Source: Lama glama (Eukaryota). From it: 64,000 nucleotides of DNA. Numbering within the stretch: position 1 is the stretch's first letter; each line of letters starts with the position of its first letter. Shown piece by piece: positions 14,423-28,107 of this stretch. The translations under genes were made by a program, and so were the position numbers. The DNA lies in NCBI GenBank assembly GCA_028534125.1, contig CM052817.1, positions 78,122,001 to 78,186,000 on the forward strand. The letters run 5' to 3'. The notes below the pieces were generated by a model. It saw only the letters and a list, made by a program, of their open reading frames with translations. It did not search any database and had not been told where the DNA came from.

Positions 14423-15837
14423 GTATGAAACCACAAAAGACCCCAAGGAGACAAAGAAATTGTGAGAAAGAAGGCCAAAGCTGGAGGCATCACACTATCT
14501 GATTTCAAACTATGCACTACAAAGCTGTAATAATTAAAACAGTATGGTACTGGCATAAAAATAGAAACATACACCAATAGAAGATCAAGGGACCAGAAAA
14601 AACTCCCTTATATGGTGAACTAATATTTTATAAGAGAGCCACGAACAGTCAATGGGGAAAGGACAGTTTCTTTAACAAATGGTATTGGGAAAACTAGATA
14701 ACCACATGCAGAAAAATGAAATCAACATCTTACATGGCTTACAAAAATTAACTCTAACTGGATTAAAGATGTAAACATAAGACCTGAAACTATAATACTG
14801 CTATAAGAAAACAGAGGAAAAAGCTCCTTGCATTGGTTTTGGCAGTGAATTTTGAAAGTGACACCAAAAGCATGAGCAACAAAAGCAAAAATTAGTAAGT
14901 GGGACTACATCAAACTGAAAAGCTTCTGTATAGCAAAAGACACCAAAATGAAAAGACAACCTACGAAATGGAAAAGGATACTTTCAAACCATATATCTGA
15001 TGCATAAATAACTCTTATAACTCAGTAACAACAACAAAAATCCAATTAAGAAATAGGCAGAGGACCTGAACAGACATTTTCCCAAAGAAGACATCCACAT
15101 GGCCAACAGGTACACAAAAAGATGCTCAACATCCGTAATCAGGGAAATGCAAATCAAATCCACAATATCACAAAACCACAGATATCACTCTTACCTGTTA
15201 AGGTGGCTGTCATCCAAAAGGAAAGAGAGAACAAATGTTGGCAACAAAGTGGAGGAAGAGGAACCCTTATGCACTGTTGGGGGAAATGTAAATTAATGCA
15301 GTCACTATGAAAAACAGTATGAAGTTTCCTCAAAAAATTTAAAAATAGAACTACTCTACAGGGCATTATGCTAAGTGAAATAAATCAAACAGAGAAAGAC
15401 AAGTAATTTATGATGTTGCTTATATATATGTTGAATCTAAAATAGCCCAACTCATAGAAACAGGGAGTAGAATGTTGGTCACTAGGGCCTGGGGGGTGTG
15501 GGAATTGGGGAGATATTGGTCGAATGGCACAAACTTCCAGTTAGAAGTTCTGGGGATCTAATACACAGCATTATTAATATAGTTAACAATCCTGTATTAT
15601 ATACTTCAAAGTTGATGAGACCGTAGATTTTAAATGTTCTCACCATGAAAAATAAATGACAGTTATGTGACACCATTAAAGTGTTAGGTAATGCTGTGGT
15701 GGTAATCATACATGTGTATGAAAGCAATACAGTTATACACCTTAAACTTACACAGTGTTATACGTCAGTAAATAATATAGTATCATTACATAGTTCCAAC
15801 ATATTATACAATTACATCTCAATAAAGGTGGAAAAAA
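14423..15837 (+). mobile_element. Old 5'-truncated L1 (L1MA9-like): 3' part of ORF2 plus 3' UTR
   Basis: Degenerate ORF2 (aaagctggaggcatcacactatctgatttcaaactatg; ORF track [22 protein letters not shown]), internal deletion at ~15357, L1MA-type 3' UTR ending aataaaggtggaaaaaa; decayed TSD aaaatagaagttgaa (14408-14422) / aaactagaggttgta (15835-15849). Confidence 0.9.
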
Positions 15838-18800
15838 CTAGAGGTTGTAAATGGGGAAATTTAGGAAGTATTACATATAAACAGAGTTAGGATACCTGAA
15901 TAACAAATTTTTAAGTCAAAGCTGAGTTTGAGTTAATTATCATACACCAGTATGATAGTGTACACTTTATGTGCTCCCCGTCATCACTTGCATTTTAGAA
16001 ATGTGTATGCTTTAGAACTATTTTGCAAATAATAGTATTTGTCTTTTTTTGTAAGCAAATTCTCTAAAGTTTGTTTGCGTTTTTTCAAATCAGAAATTTT
16101 TAACAAAAACCTTCAGCAAATGGAGTGCTAAGGATTTACCTTTTGAAGCTTTTGTTAAATTGCAGTTACTAAAAAACATACTTGAAAACAGGATCATTTT
16201 AAAAAATTTTATTATAAAAGATCAACTGAGCAAATTATAAGCTTACACTATGTTGTTAGATTTAATTTTGAAATTTTATAATTGTGCTTTGGAATATTTC
16301 AACTTAGGAAAAGAATATGTTGATGGAGCTTTAAGTTTTAATTTGATAGATTTCTGTTCTGTACAGCAAGAAATAAAATTAAGAAGGTCTAAAACATTAT
16401 AGCAATTATGATTTCAAACGAGCCATAAGTAGAGAGAACCAATTTAATGAATTTCATCTTGTAAAATCTCTCTCAAAGAAAGATACTCCATTCTTTGCAC
16501 TGCCCCCCCAGACCAATATTAACCTCCTTTACCAGAATTTTCTCTGATTATTTAGAAGAATATATTTTTCAGTGAGAAATATTAGTTTATAGAAAGGAAA
16601 GGCAATGAATTTTGTTACCAATTTAAAATGTATTGACCACAGTGTACTTCTTTCAAAAATACTAAAGGCATTTTTATGAAAAATGTAACTGCATGGACAC
16701 ATGCAAATAAAACCATAGTTAAAGGCATCTAGCAGCTGCATAGCATTTCAATACCCACTCATTTCTGATGTTTTAATTGTCTTTTAAAATCCCCAAAATA
16801 GCTATGAATCCTTGCCAATGAGGAAAAACAAAATAAGAGAATAAGGGAATAGATATTTGTCTTTATAGCCAAAGTTATCTAAGTAACAGAAAAGGCTTTT
16901 TCAAATACACTAATAGTGACCCTATGCCTGAAGCCCAAACTAAACACACTATCCCTATCTACCCAGTTTTCTCCCCTGGAATCCTGCATGTGCCTATAAT
17001 TAGAGAAAATCTCCCAACATGTCTCTCACAAAATTAAACTAATAGGAAACATGAGGTGACTTTATTTGAGGTTTGAACATGCAAACTTCAGAGCATCATG
17101 ATATCCATAAGTGAATCTTCCTAATGAAACATTCTTTAATGTTGGCTGCCAGATGAACCACTGCATATTGTTCTTTCTCTCTCTCTCTCTCTTTTTTTTT
17201 TTTGGCATGTTTTTTTTCTTTTTCAAACATGTTTTTTTATGAGCAGTATGAAGTCTAAATAGATTTTTAAAGCACTTTGTTTAATGAGTACATTGGCAAT
17301 TCTCAATTTTTAAAAAGTTGCCAATCAAATATGCAGTTAATGTTTCCTCCATCACAGAACTGACATTAGAATATTGAGCTTAAAAAGCTGGATAATTTTT
17401 TAATGCCATTTCCAATAGATGGCATTAAGAGCAGTGGAATAAGTTAGAGTTTATACTTAAAGTATAAAATGTTAACATTCTATATGTAGTACTGTTTTCA
17501 AGTGGTTCAGTTGTATCAAAAACAGGCTCTTTTTTAATGTTTTTATTTGTCTAAAAGTATGAAATATATAAATGTACTCAGTGAAGAAAGGAGAGCATAG
17601 GTTTGTACCTAAAACTCCTATGAATTCATTACTGTGTAATGAAACTGTGAGAAATCATTACAAATTCCTCACATTTTAGGATTTAGTAATTATACTCTAT
17701 TTAGGAAAAAAGTAGCTGCTGCTTCTTGAGAAGTAAACAAAACAGGTTAGACAGCTGGAAAACAGGATAACTTCGAAGTCTGGAGGAGTCTTGAGGCAAT
17801 GAGGAACAAACCAGGAATTGGCCCATTATGAAGCCTGCTAAGTTCTAGATTTAGAAAGTCTTCTTTCTGCTTGTTATTGATGTTTATCCTCAAGGTTATT
17901 TTTTTCCTTCCACCCAATTTTACTAATGTTTTTCATTTATGATCACAAAACAAAATGTGACTATGTGGTAAAGTATTAGACAAGGGCAATTTTAATAATA
18001 TTTAGAAGGGTACAATTAAATTTGGGTACCAGATGAGTTATGTATAATAAAAGACAGCACACAAAAAAATTTTAAAACATTTAAAAAAACATATGCAGAT
18101 AGTTATATAGATACATCATTCAAACAAATTTATACTCAGAAAATTATGTTACTCAAGAAAGGGAGGAAAAGTTGTTAGATTTCTGTAGGTTACTAGAAGG
18201 CATTTAAATTCAAATATTTCCAGCTATCCTCCCCAAACTGCAGAAAACTTCATATTACATCTAAAAATAAACACCTAAATTCAGGAAGCCATCTCTGGGA
18301 CCCACTCACACCAGATCAAAAAATCAGTAAAGATTGTGTAGGAAAGAGGAGAGGAAAGTGAAAGACCTACCAAACATAGATAAGGTCATACCCAGAGAGA
18401 GTACCATCCTGAGTGGGTTCCTAAAACAAGACTAAGACTTTATAAATCAGAACTCTTGGTATTGTTGTTCAAAAGAAAGGAAATAAAGAGAATTCAACAA
18501 GAAGTCTGGAGAGCAATGGAGTACTTGGAAGGAGATGCCAATCCTCAAGAATTTGTGTAACAAAGGGGAAAAAAAGCAAAATGTGGAAACTACATATCCT
18601 GAAGAAAAAAAAGAAAATAACAAGACAGACACATAACATCTGTCCTCTTCCTATCCTATAAAAAGATGCCATCTATTAAAGAATATACAACTCACCAAAC
18701 TAACAGAAGAGAGTATTCTTGATTGAAGAGTCATAGTACACCAAACAAAACCTTCCCTCTGGTTTCCTCACAATCTTGTTGCTAATATAGGAAAATAAGA

Positions 18801-20509
18801 CTTTATGAACTAAACAGATAATGCCAGATCATATTCATGCAAAATTATTATATAAAAAATGCAGAAACTGGAAAACAAAACATTTTAGCTGATAAGAATT
18901 ATACTCTGAATACCAACACAAGGTCAAAAGAAAGTTAAAACATAACATCAAAAACTGAATCAAGGTAGTGAAACAAGAATTATCAAACATGAGTAAAGGC
19001 TGAAGTCAGACATTCAAAAAGTTAGAAAAGACATGAACCAAAAAACCATGTAAATGGCAAATAAATGTTGATTGAATTCAGGAAAAGGAACAGTAGAAAA
19101 AAAAATCTAAAAAATATATACTGAATTACTGGATGCTCAGGGCAGAATATATTTGATTGAAGCATATAAGCAGAGTTTTTAAGGAAAGTCATGAAAACAG
19201 GCAAGATAATGACAATAAAATAAAGGAAGAAGTAAAATTAATCGAGAAGAATGTGATTGGTATTGAAGATAGACAAAGAAGGTCCAACCCTCATACAGCT
19301 GAAATATCTGAGGAAGAAAAGCATAAAGATATAACTAATATTTAAAACTGTAATTTAAGAAAAATTTCCAGAAATAAGTAAAAGTATGAATCTAGAGATT
19401 TAAAAATTCAATCATGTACTTGGAAAATTGACCAAAAATAGTCAACTGGAGACTTTAAAGACAAATAAAATAGCTAGGATCTTCAGGCAAAAAGACCAAG
19501 TCACTTACAAATAAAAAGAAAATCATATTGGCATAAGACAGCAACATTCAAATCAAAACCGGTGTTGTAATATTTAAAAAATCCTCAAGAAAATAATTAA
19601 TTTAGGATTTCATATCCAATCTGTCCTTCCATGGTCACGGGTATAGAAAACCAGTTTTAAATACATAAGAACTCAAAGAAAACTAATCATAAGCCCATTC
19701 TTATAAACCTACTAGGAGACAAGCTTCATTCAAACCGAAGATAAGTAGAGAAACTTTGGGAAAAAGACCATTGGTGACTACTAGACATAATTAATTGTAA
19801 ATAGAGGAGTAAAAGAAAGGTAAGAGAAATGTTATATCCTCTTACAAAGTTTAAATGCTGCAACTAAAAATATGGGAGGAGAGGAAGGGAAGTAAAATAA
19901 TCTTATTATGTTAATATTAGGTGGGAGTCAAAAAGTTTCATAAAGCTGATAATCCAAATAATAGAAGGTAAAATAAGAAAAAGGGTACATATGTATGTAC
20001 ACATATACACAAATAAATAAATATTTGTTAATTAAAACACACACACACACATATATGGAGAGACAGAGACAGAGAACAGAGGGACAGAATACAAAATACA
20101 AAGAAATAGACCACTTGGGAATCACAGTAAATATAACATAAAATAATATGATACAGTTGAGACCAAATTAGTCACATCAATAAATGTAAATAGGCTTAAC
20201 TCATTCATAAGAAATATTTCCAGATGTCTCACAAAGCACGTCACAATTCCACACTATATGTAAGATTCGTACCTGAAATAAAATAATTCAGAAAGGCTAT
20301 AAATAAAAGGACCAGCAAAGGTAAACCAGGCAGTTGGAAACAGGATCTGTGATTCAAATGTCAGATAATCTAGATAATCAAGATACAGGTTTGAAGACTA
20401 AATATAAAAGAGAGTACTTTCAATGTTGAAATCTATAATCCACAATGAAAGCATGACAATTATGTGTATTTATGAGTAACATAATATGAAAACACCTTCA
20501 AAAAGGAGG

Positions 20510-21358
20510 CAGAGGTAACTATTAAGAAACTATCACTATCTTCAAGAGAATGAGATGACAAACCACAGACTGGGAAAAAATATTTTCGAAAGACATGTCT
20601 GATAAAGGACTATTATACAAAATATACAAAGAACTCTTAAAACTCAACAAAAAGAAAACAAACAACTAGATTTAAAAATGGAGTGTCGGAAGGCAATAAA
20701 TTTGGGAGTTTGAGACTTGCAAATGTTAGCCACTATATATTTTAAAAAACCCAAATTTCTTCTGTATATAGGGAACTATATTCAATATCTTACAATAACC
20801 TTTAATGAAAAAGAACATGAAAACAAATACATGTATGTATATGCATGACTGGGACATTGTGCTGTACAGCAGAAATTGACACATTGTCACTGACTATACT
20901 TCAGTTAAAAAAAAATGGACCAAAGATCTTAAGAGACATGACTCCAAAGAAGATACACAGATGACAAATAAGCATATTAAAAGAGGCTCCACGTCCTGTT
21001 ATCTCAAAAATGCAAATTAAAAAAACAACAAGATACCACTACACACCAATAACAATATCCAGAGCACTAACAGCACCAAATGTTGGTGAGAATGTGGAGC
21101 AGTAGGGACTCTCATTTGTTGCTGGTGGGGATGCAAAATGGTACAGCCACATTGGAAGACAGTTTATTAGTTTCTCACAAACCTAAAAATATGGTTACCA
21201 TATGATCTAGCAATTGTGCTCTTGGTATTTACCCAAAGGAGTCGGAAAACTTACGTTCATACAAAACCTGCACACAGATGTTCATGGCAGCTATGACCTT
21301 CCCTTCAATTTTGCTATGAACCTAAAGCTTCTTTACAAATATAAAATCTTAATTTAAA
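20510..21358 (+). mobile_element. L1MC1-like ORF2 3' fragment plus terminus, nested in the older L1
   Basis: ccacagactgggaaaaaatattttcgaaagacatgtctgataaaggact...; jumps at ~21292 to caattttgctatgaacctaaag, the L1MC-type 3' terminus. Confidence 0.8.
20683..20910 (+). mobile_element. Young lineage-specific L1 3' UTR nested in the L1MC1-like copy
   Basis: Same family as 2301-2510; TSD aaaaatgga at 20674-20682 and 20911-20919, after which the host L1 resumes (ccaaagatctt). Confidence 0.92.
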
Positions 21359-21744
21359 GAATCATATCAATTCAAGACAAGTGAAATGGACAAGGAATTT
21401 GAATACAGAATAACTAAACAATGTACTAATGGCGGTAGATCTTACAGCAATATTATGAATTTTATGCCTTCATTATCAGGTTATTAGGTACTGTCTTCCT
21501 ATCAAGCACCTATGGAATATTAAAAACAACAACAACAATAACAAGCCATATATTGGTCACAATGAAAATATCAAGTTCCATAGAATAGAAATGATAAAAG
21601 TCTTTTTCTAATCACAATGCAATAAAACTAGAAATTAATTACAAAAACTTTGTAAATGACAATGTAAATGGAAATAAAAATGTTCACTTGGGTTTGAAAG
21701 GAAATTCATAAATATGCAATTTTTTAAAGTTAATATTACCATAC

Positions 21745-22190
21745 ATGGAGGTCAAACTCTAGAGTGGCCCTAATTTTCTCTTCCTGCTCTGTAAAATCTC
21801 CTTCCCCTTGTGACTGGGTGGGAACTGTGACTTGCTTTTAAACAGTAGCGTATAGCAAAGCTGATGAAATTCCACTCCCTTAGGCTAGATCATATAACAA
21901 ATGTGATGGGGTACTACTCCTCCAATTGGGTTTTATGTTACATTATTATATAACACTATCTTAGTCTGCTGGAAAGAGACTTTTCCTTCCTTGTTAGCTT
22001 GAAAAAGGAGGTTGCCCTGCTGTGAGGGCTTATGGAGATAGCCACATGTCCAAAAAAATAAAAATAAAAATAAAACTATAGGCAGCCTCTTAGAGCAGAG
22101 AGTAATTCCCAGCTAATAGCCAACAGGAGAACAGGACCTCAATCCTATAATTTCAAGGCAATGAATTCTGGCAATTACCTGAGGGAAGAA
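21745..22190 (+). mobile_element. MaLR LTR (MLT1E/F-like), partial
   Basis: ctgggtgggaactgtgacttgctttta...atagcaaagctgatg...ggcagcctcttagagcagagag...acaggacctcaatcctataatttcaaggcaatgaattctggc. Confidence 0.8.
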
Positions 22191-22284
22191 AGGATGAAAT
22201 GGAAGGAGAGAGGGAGAAGAGGGAGGAAGGAAAAAGAGGAAAGAGAAAAGAAAGAAGAAAAATTGGAGAAAGAAACTCCTTCCC

Positions 22285-23060
22285 TTAGAAGTTAACATAT
22301 TAATTGAAGCAGGGAAAAAAAAAAGAATTAGAAAATTGCCATTTTGCAACAAACTTTGAGGAGATGCTAAAACCAGTGAATGAAAAGTTATTGGGGAACA
22401 TACAGTCCACTCTGAAGTATCACTCCACAAATTATTTATTAATTACAGAAGGAAAAAGGGAACGTCTGCAATGGGGAGATATGGCAATATCCCTTTAATC
22501 AAGTGATCAAAATTGCCATCACTAATAATGAAGCAAACTGATGTCATGTATCTCCAGATGTGATGTTCTGAGAAGGTGAGATTCCTGCCATTTATCCAAC
22601 ATATAATCATAAGGAAACAATCAGGTCATTCTGTAAAATAACAGACCTGGATTCTTCCAAATCTCTCAGTGTCATGAAAGACCAAATAAAAGCAGAAGGA
22701 AAAAAAAAGAACTTTTCTGGATTAAAAGAGACAAAAGGGACATACAGACATGTCAACTAAAAGCAGTTGTGTAATCATAAATTGAATGATGGATTAATTA
22801 AAAAATTAAAGCTGTTAAAGACATTTTGGGGCTTCTTGGGAAATTTAAGTATTAAATACACACTAGGAAATATTATTGTATTAGTATTCATCACTTAGTG
22901 TAATAATTGCAGGGGAAGGTCCTTGTTCCTAGGAGATTCATGTTGAAGTAGTTAGAAATGAAGTGTTGAAGCATTTGCACCTTCTCAAGTATTTTGGCCT
23001 AAAGAAGTGTGTGTGTGTATGTATATAATATAAAAGGAAAAGCAATTGTAACAACATTTA
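22285..23060 (+). mobile_element. Ancient L1 (L1ME/L1MC4-like) 3' region
   Basis: aagaattagaaaattgccattttgcaac...ccatcactaataatgaagcaaactgatgtcatg...ggattaaaagagacaaaagggacat...ccttgttcctaggagattcatgttgaagta. Confidence 0.75.
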
Positions 23061-23419
23061 GGTGGAGGGTGAGCTTCATCTGGATATGAACAGAGGAACT
23101 ATGGTGCCCACTTCAAATCCTTAAAATAAACCCAAGTTTTTTGGTTTAATCATGGTTATGAAAGTAATTCATTTTATTTGGTATTTTGGAGGAAATATAG
23201 AAAATATAGAAAAATTAAATTATCCATAATCCTGCCACCCAGAGATAAACATTATTGATATTTTGGTGTAATCCCTTTGAGTCATTCTTTTTTCTGTTTA
23301 AATATATATATCATATATATTGACTTTTCAGAACAAGGATCATAATTTATGTTTTGTTTTTTACCTTAATAGAGAAGGAGACTTTTTCTATGTCATTTAG
23401 TAATATCCAAAACATGTGA

Positions 23420-23478
23420 TTTTTTAAAATGGAGTATAGTTGATTTACAATATTATGTTAGTTTCAAGTATACAAAAC
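23420..23478 (-). mobile_element. Very short L1 3' tip
   Basis: ttttttaaaatggagtatagttgatttacaatattatgttagtttcaagtatac is an antisense artiodactyl-type L1 terminus. Confidence 0.7.
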
Positions 23479-23559
23479 CTAAGGCTTTAATGGTTATATA
23501 AAGGTATATCTTTGTTATTGGGTCATAATTTTACAGAATTTCTCCTCCTTGGTGAAATT

Positions 23560-24600
23560 CGTTCTCTTGGTTTCCAGATTCCCAGGCTCTCCTGGTTTTC
23601 CTCATAACTCACTCTTTAGTTCTTCCTAATCTCCTCTATGAGATACCCCTCATATCACCAAGTTTTTAACATTGGAGTGGCTTAAGATTCAGCTTAGACT
23701 TCTAGCTTTGCTTTTTTGTTTACCCTCACTCTCTGGATAACCTCACTCAGGCTCATGGTTTTGAATACCATTTCCTTGCTAATATCTAAATGTATATCTT
23801 TAGTCCAAACCTTTCCTCTAAATGCCATCCAACTGTCTGTTTCAGTTGGATACATCAAATTTATGCCAAATTCAAATTTCTGACCTTCCCCCTGACTCAA
23901 ACCATTTTCTCCTATAGTTTTATACATCTCATTTAGTAACAATTATATTCTGCTGATATTCAGGACAAAAGCACCAGAGTCATTTAGACTCCTCTCTGTC
24001 TCTACCCTATATCTGTATCTAATCTGCAAATTCTGTTAATTCCTCCTTCTAAACATATCCAGAATCTGTGTCCCCTTCTTACCAACCTCTCTGCTAATAG
24101 CTTGGTCTGGAAAACCAACAGTTCTGGCTTGGATCATTGAATTTCCGTCTGACTAGCATTTCTTATGTTCCTACCTTCTATTCAAAATATAAAAGCCACA
24201 GTAAATTTGTGAAATCATACATGAGCTCATATTACTCTTCTATTCAGATTTCTCCAATAAATTCTGTCTTATTTGGGGTAAAAAATCAAAGTATTACAGT
24301 ATCTTAAAAAGGGCCCCCCAATCTAGCTTCAGCTATTTTTCTGATCTCACTTAATTCTTCTTTCCCCTCCCTCACTGGCCATCTTACTGTTCCTCAAATA
24401 CATATACTCAAAACCTTCAGATTCTTAGGCCTCCATGCCTGGAATGCTTTCCTCTCAGACAAAGGTACTTGGCAAGCTCCTTTCCTCCCTCTGGTCTTTA
24501 ATCAAACATCACCTTCTTAGTGAAACCATCCTAACTATTGTATTTAAAGCTTTAACTTCTAACACAGCAATCCCTACCCCTCTTTTCTACTTTTGTCCCC
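23560..24600 (+). mobile_element. L2 fragment (~1 kb)
   Basis: ctcatggttttgaataccatttccttgctaatatctaaatgtatatctttagtccaaacc...caggacaaaagcaccagagtcatttagactcctctc...tgcctggaatgctttcc...aaacatcaccttcttagtgaaaccatccct. Confidence 0.85.
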
Positions 24601-24939
24601 TTATTGGATATTTTTATTTTCTTTTTTTAAAAATAGGTTATGGAAATAGAACTACTCAGTCAAAGGTTATGCATATGTTTAAGTATTTGATATATAGTGC
24701 CAAAATGATTTCTCAAAAGATAGCTCCAATGCCAAGACTTAAAAAAGACTATTTCAATGCCAAGACTATTCTAATTATCAACATTAAATACTAACATTTT
24801 GAAGAAGTCTTTGCCAATCAGGCAAAAATAAGTAATGCATTTCACTTTTCATATTTTGATTACTAACCAGTATCATCCAATATTTTGATCATATAATGAA
24901 GCTTTCTTTAAGAACTAGGAAATTAGAAAGAAAAAAATT

Positions 24940-25135
24940 TCTCTCCATTTAGGGGGAAAAACAAGAAGCCTGATCTCTTCCTCACATCCTCCACAAAAAT
25001 CAGTTCCAGGTAGTTTGAAGATTTAAATGAAATGCTAAAACAGTAAAACTTCTTGAAGATAATATTGGAGAAGATCTTGAACTTTGTGTAGATAAAGCTT
25101 TTCCAAGTGAGACATATAGACAATTAATGTTCTGG
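24940..25135 (+). mobile_element. Old L1 ORF2 fragment
   Basis: tctcttcctcacatcctccacaaaaatcagttccaggtagtttgaagatttaaatg...aacttcttgaagataatattggagaagatctt. Confidence 0.65.
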
Positions 25136-25189
25136 ATAATAAAGCATTGAAAATACCATAGCAAATCGTATTTTCCTGTTCAAAGACTT

Positions 25190-25715
25190 TTACATACCTA
25201 TTGTACTCAGTAGAGTCTAAACCTTGGTCTTGGTATCCAAAACTCTGGGATCTGTCTGCAAATTATATTTCTAAATCCATTTCACACCACTTACTTTTAT
25301 ACATCTGTGCCTCACAAAAAGCAGCTCTGTTCCCTTGTTTCTATTTGATCCATATTTTCCTGGATTTTGCTCAATTTGTTTCATTTACTTTTGCTTTTCA
25401 TCTCCATACAGCATAAAATGATGTACTTCAAGTTGCAACATCACTTCCTTCATTTCATCATTCAGGTCTCTTCAGATTCCCAGATGAAAGTGATCTTTCT
25501 CTTCTGTGAACACTGAGAGCATTACATCAGAACTTTTCTTATATTTGCCTCCTTATGTCTTACATGTGTGCTTTATGTCGTTCCCAGCTAGAGGGAAAAA
25601 CTTTGAGTGTTGCCATAGTCTCTTGTCTATTTTTACATCTTCCAAAGTGCCCACCATGGTAATATGGTGCCTTATACATAGTAAGTCCTGAATAAACAGT
25701 TGTATTAATTAATTA
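25190..25715 (+). mobile_element. L2 3' fragment
   Basis: ttttacatcttccaaagtgcccaccatggtaatatggtgccttatacatagtaagtcctgaataaacagttg resembles the L2 terminus. Confidence 0.65.
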
Positions 25716-27655
25716 ATTATATATGTATGTGTGTGCACATATGTGTGTATATTTATTCATACACACACACACACATATATAGGGAAATAGAAATAGAGGA
25801 AATATAAGCCTAGAGATTTTTTAAGCCTGGACAATTATGACCTATCTATGGCACATATTAAATTAAACTTTTAAATTCTCACATTGGATAACACAGCATA
25901 ATGTACAGCCTTAAATTATTTTCTAATTAACAGAAATAGCAAAGTTTTAGAATTTTTTCTAAAAACAGAGCATCATTTAAATATTAATAAATAAAATTTT
26001 ATATATTAAAATTTCTTATTAATATTAATAAAATTTATTTTTTGTTTCTGAAAGATGATTATATCAAACTAACTGCAAGTAGTTTAAGGTTGTTCTGAAA
26101 ATCCTAGTTTTAACCTCAAAAACTATCTCTATGTTCTCTGTTGGAACTCACTGAAGGATTAACAAAAGTGTTTTCCCTTGCCTTTGTCTAAAAGGTTGTT
26201 GTCCTGTATTTAACTGCAAATATAGCTTTGTCAGTGGCAATTTCCCAGTCCAATGTTCTATATTTTCACATATGGAACCTGTCCTAAGATATGTGTGTTT
26301 CATTCCAAATACACTAAATATTTTAATCTACAAAATAAAGCAGTGTCTGTGCTAAACACTTCTCAAACTTTTATAACTTTGGAAAAAAACATAAATGCTT
26401 TCCCATTTATAATCTGGCTTTCAGTTTTCTTTACTCCATTTGCTGAGATCAGTGCCAATCTCTTAAAAATAATTTTATTCATTTTTTAACTTAATGGACC
26501 AGAAGCTTATAAAATAAAATGTCTATGCTCACCTCTTTTTAAAAATAAAAGCATATTCCACTTAATCCCTTCAAAATCTGCATTTCCCATACTTCATCCT
26601 CTCCCAATACTCTTTTACACATATTCAATACATGAAAGATTTTGCAGAGGGAAGAAAGGAAAATATTTTAAAAGCCTTGAATAAGTGAATTTCCAGAGTC
26701 TTAAGGGAATCTGCCTCTCAGCCTTTACTCTGGCTATTTTTCATTAAAAATTACTGTAGAATATTTGATGAGCTGAAAGAAACAGAATGATTGTTTTTAC
26801 CTTAGCTTATTTAACTCTGTAAGGTGATTGGTTATTTCTTTGGCATTATACTTTCCAGATTAGAAAAAAAATTGTACAAATATTAAGATATTGAAGATGT
26901 AAAAACTTTATATAATTATACTTGAACTTCAAATCCAAAATATGTATTAACATATATAGAAGTGTATAAAATGATTCATCATGTGAGTGAAATCATGTTG
27001 TTAATTCCTCTTTTCCAAGCCTACAGAATATGACTTGGGATTCCTTATTGAATAAGGAAAATGTCTTATTGTTAATAAAATGCATCTTCACAGTGTAAAT
27101 AATATAATAAAAAAGCATCCCTTGCCAAAATGAATTGATTCCAATGATAACTCTGAAGGGAGTAAGAAAAGAAAATGTGTGTTTTGAAATGTGTAAGTTT
27201 TCATTTTAATCATTCAGCACCACCTGATTGAAGTGAATAAGGACAAGAAAAAATAATTTACTGTCACGTCAAAGAAATATGACTTTAGTGCAAAAGAAGA
27301 AATATGGCTGACATATTAAGAGTAGTTATTATGAAAAACAATATTGGTCAAATTGCAGTTTGCACATAATTCAGCCAACTTCCTTCTTTCATCATAAGAT
27401 TTACATTCTTTAAAATTGCAGCTTTACAGAATGATGGAGTCTTTTCATTATTCATCTTTGCCACTGTCTCAGAATTAAAAGGCTTGTTGGTGACAAAAAG
27501 CCAACTAATCATATTTATGGTGACAACCATGACTGTTATAAAACAGACATTCTTAGAAAGCATGCCCTTTGCTTTACATTAAAACCTGTTGAACGTGCTC
27601 TTCCAACCCCTGAGGATTGGAGGATAGATTATTGTTCCTTCAGGAGAGGCATAAA

Positions 27656-27704
27656 GAATTAGTACAAATTGAATAGTACAAATTGAATTAGTACAAATTG
27701 AATA
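27656..27704. repeat. 14-15 bp tandem repeat (gaat[t]agtacaaatt) x3.3
   Basis: gaattagtacaaatt gaatagtacaaatt gaattagtacaaatt gaata. Confidence 0.9.
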
Positions 27705-28107
27705 CCATTGTTGATGGTAGAAATAGACGAAAGTCAGAATTTTGTTTTCTGTTTGTTTTGCCAGTTATTCTTTTTGTTGCCTACTTCATCATTTGAAAAA
27801 TATGGATATAATTCACTCTGTAGTCATTCAGTCACATTCTTAAGTTCTGAATTGTTCCCTATGTACTTAGTAGAACAGGAAATTCAAATGAAAACAAAAT
27901 CTGGACAAATGCTGAGTTAATTCATTAACTAATGTTTGAAACTAATAATTGTCGAGCAGTAGGAACTTAAATGCTATCGTCCAAATCACATTCATCAAAA
28001 CCTTCAGAGGTCCACATGGCATGATGCAATTGACAGTGTTTTAAAGGGATATTTAGTTGTTCAAGCTTTAAAGAGAGTTTTCTTTTTATTTTATATAGTC
28101 AGATTTA

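Larger units (their letters stand above)
18200..21730 (+). mobile_element. Ancient L1 (L1MC/ME-age) 5' portion: ORF1 remnant and ORF2 endonuclease remnant, interrupted by nested L1s
   Basis: ORF 19157-19345 contains IEDRQRRSN (cf. L1 ORF1p EDRSRRNN); 20170 tcaataaatgtaaataggcttaac ~ NVNGLN endonuclease start; 21604 ttttctaatcacaatgcaataaaactagaaattaat ~ SDHNAIKLEIN endonuclease end. Confidence 0.8.

Noticed and set aside
17400..17428. 10-bp perfect inverted repeat ttaatgccat...atggcattaa
   Set aside because: An isolated AT-rich stem of this size is plausible by chance in 64 kb; no supporting context.
25975..26042. AT-only quasi-palindrome
   Set aside because: Low-complexity sequence; symmetry is compositional.
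27656..27704. CRISPR-like or other prokaryotic repeat array
   Set aside because: Head-to-tail units without spacers in plainly mammalian DNA; no prokaryotic features anywhere in the window.
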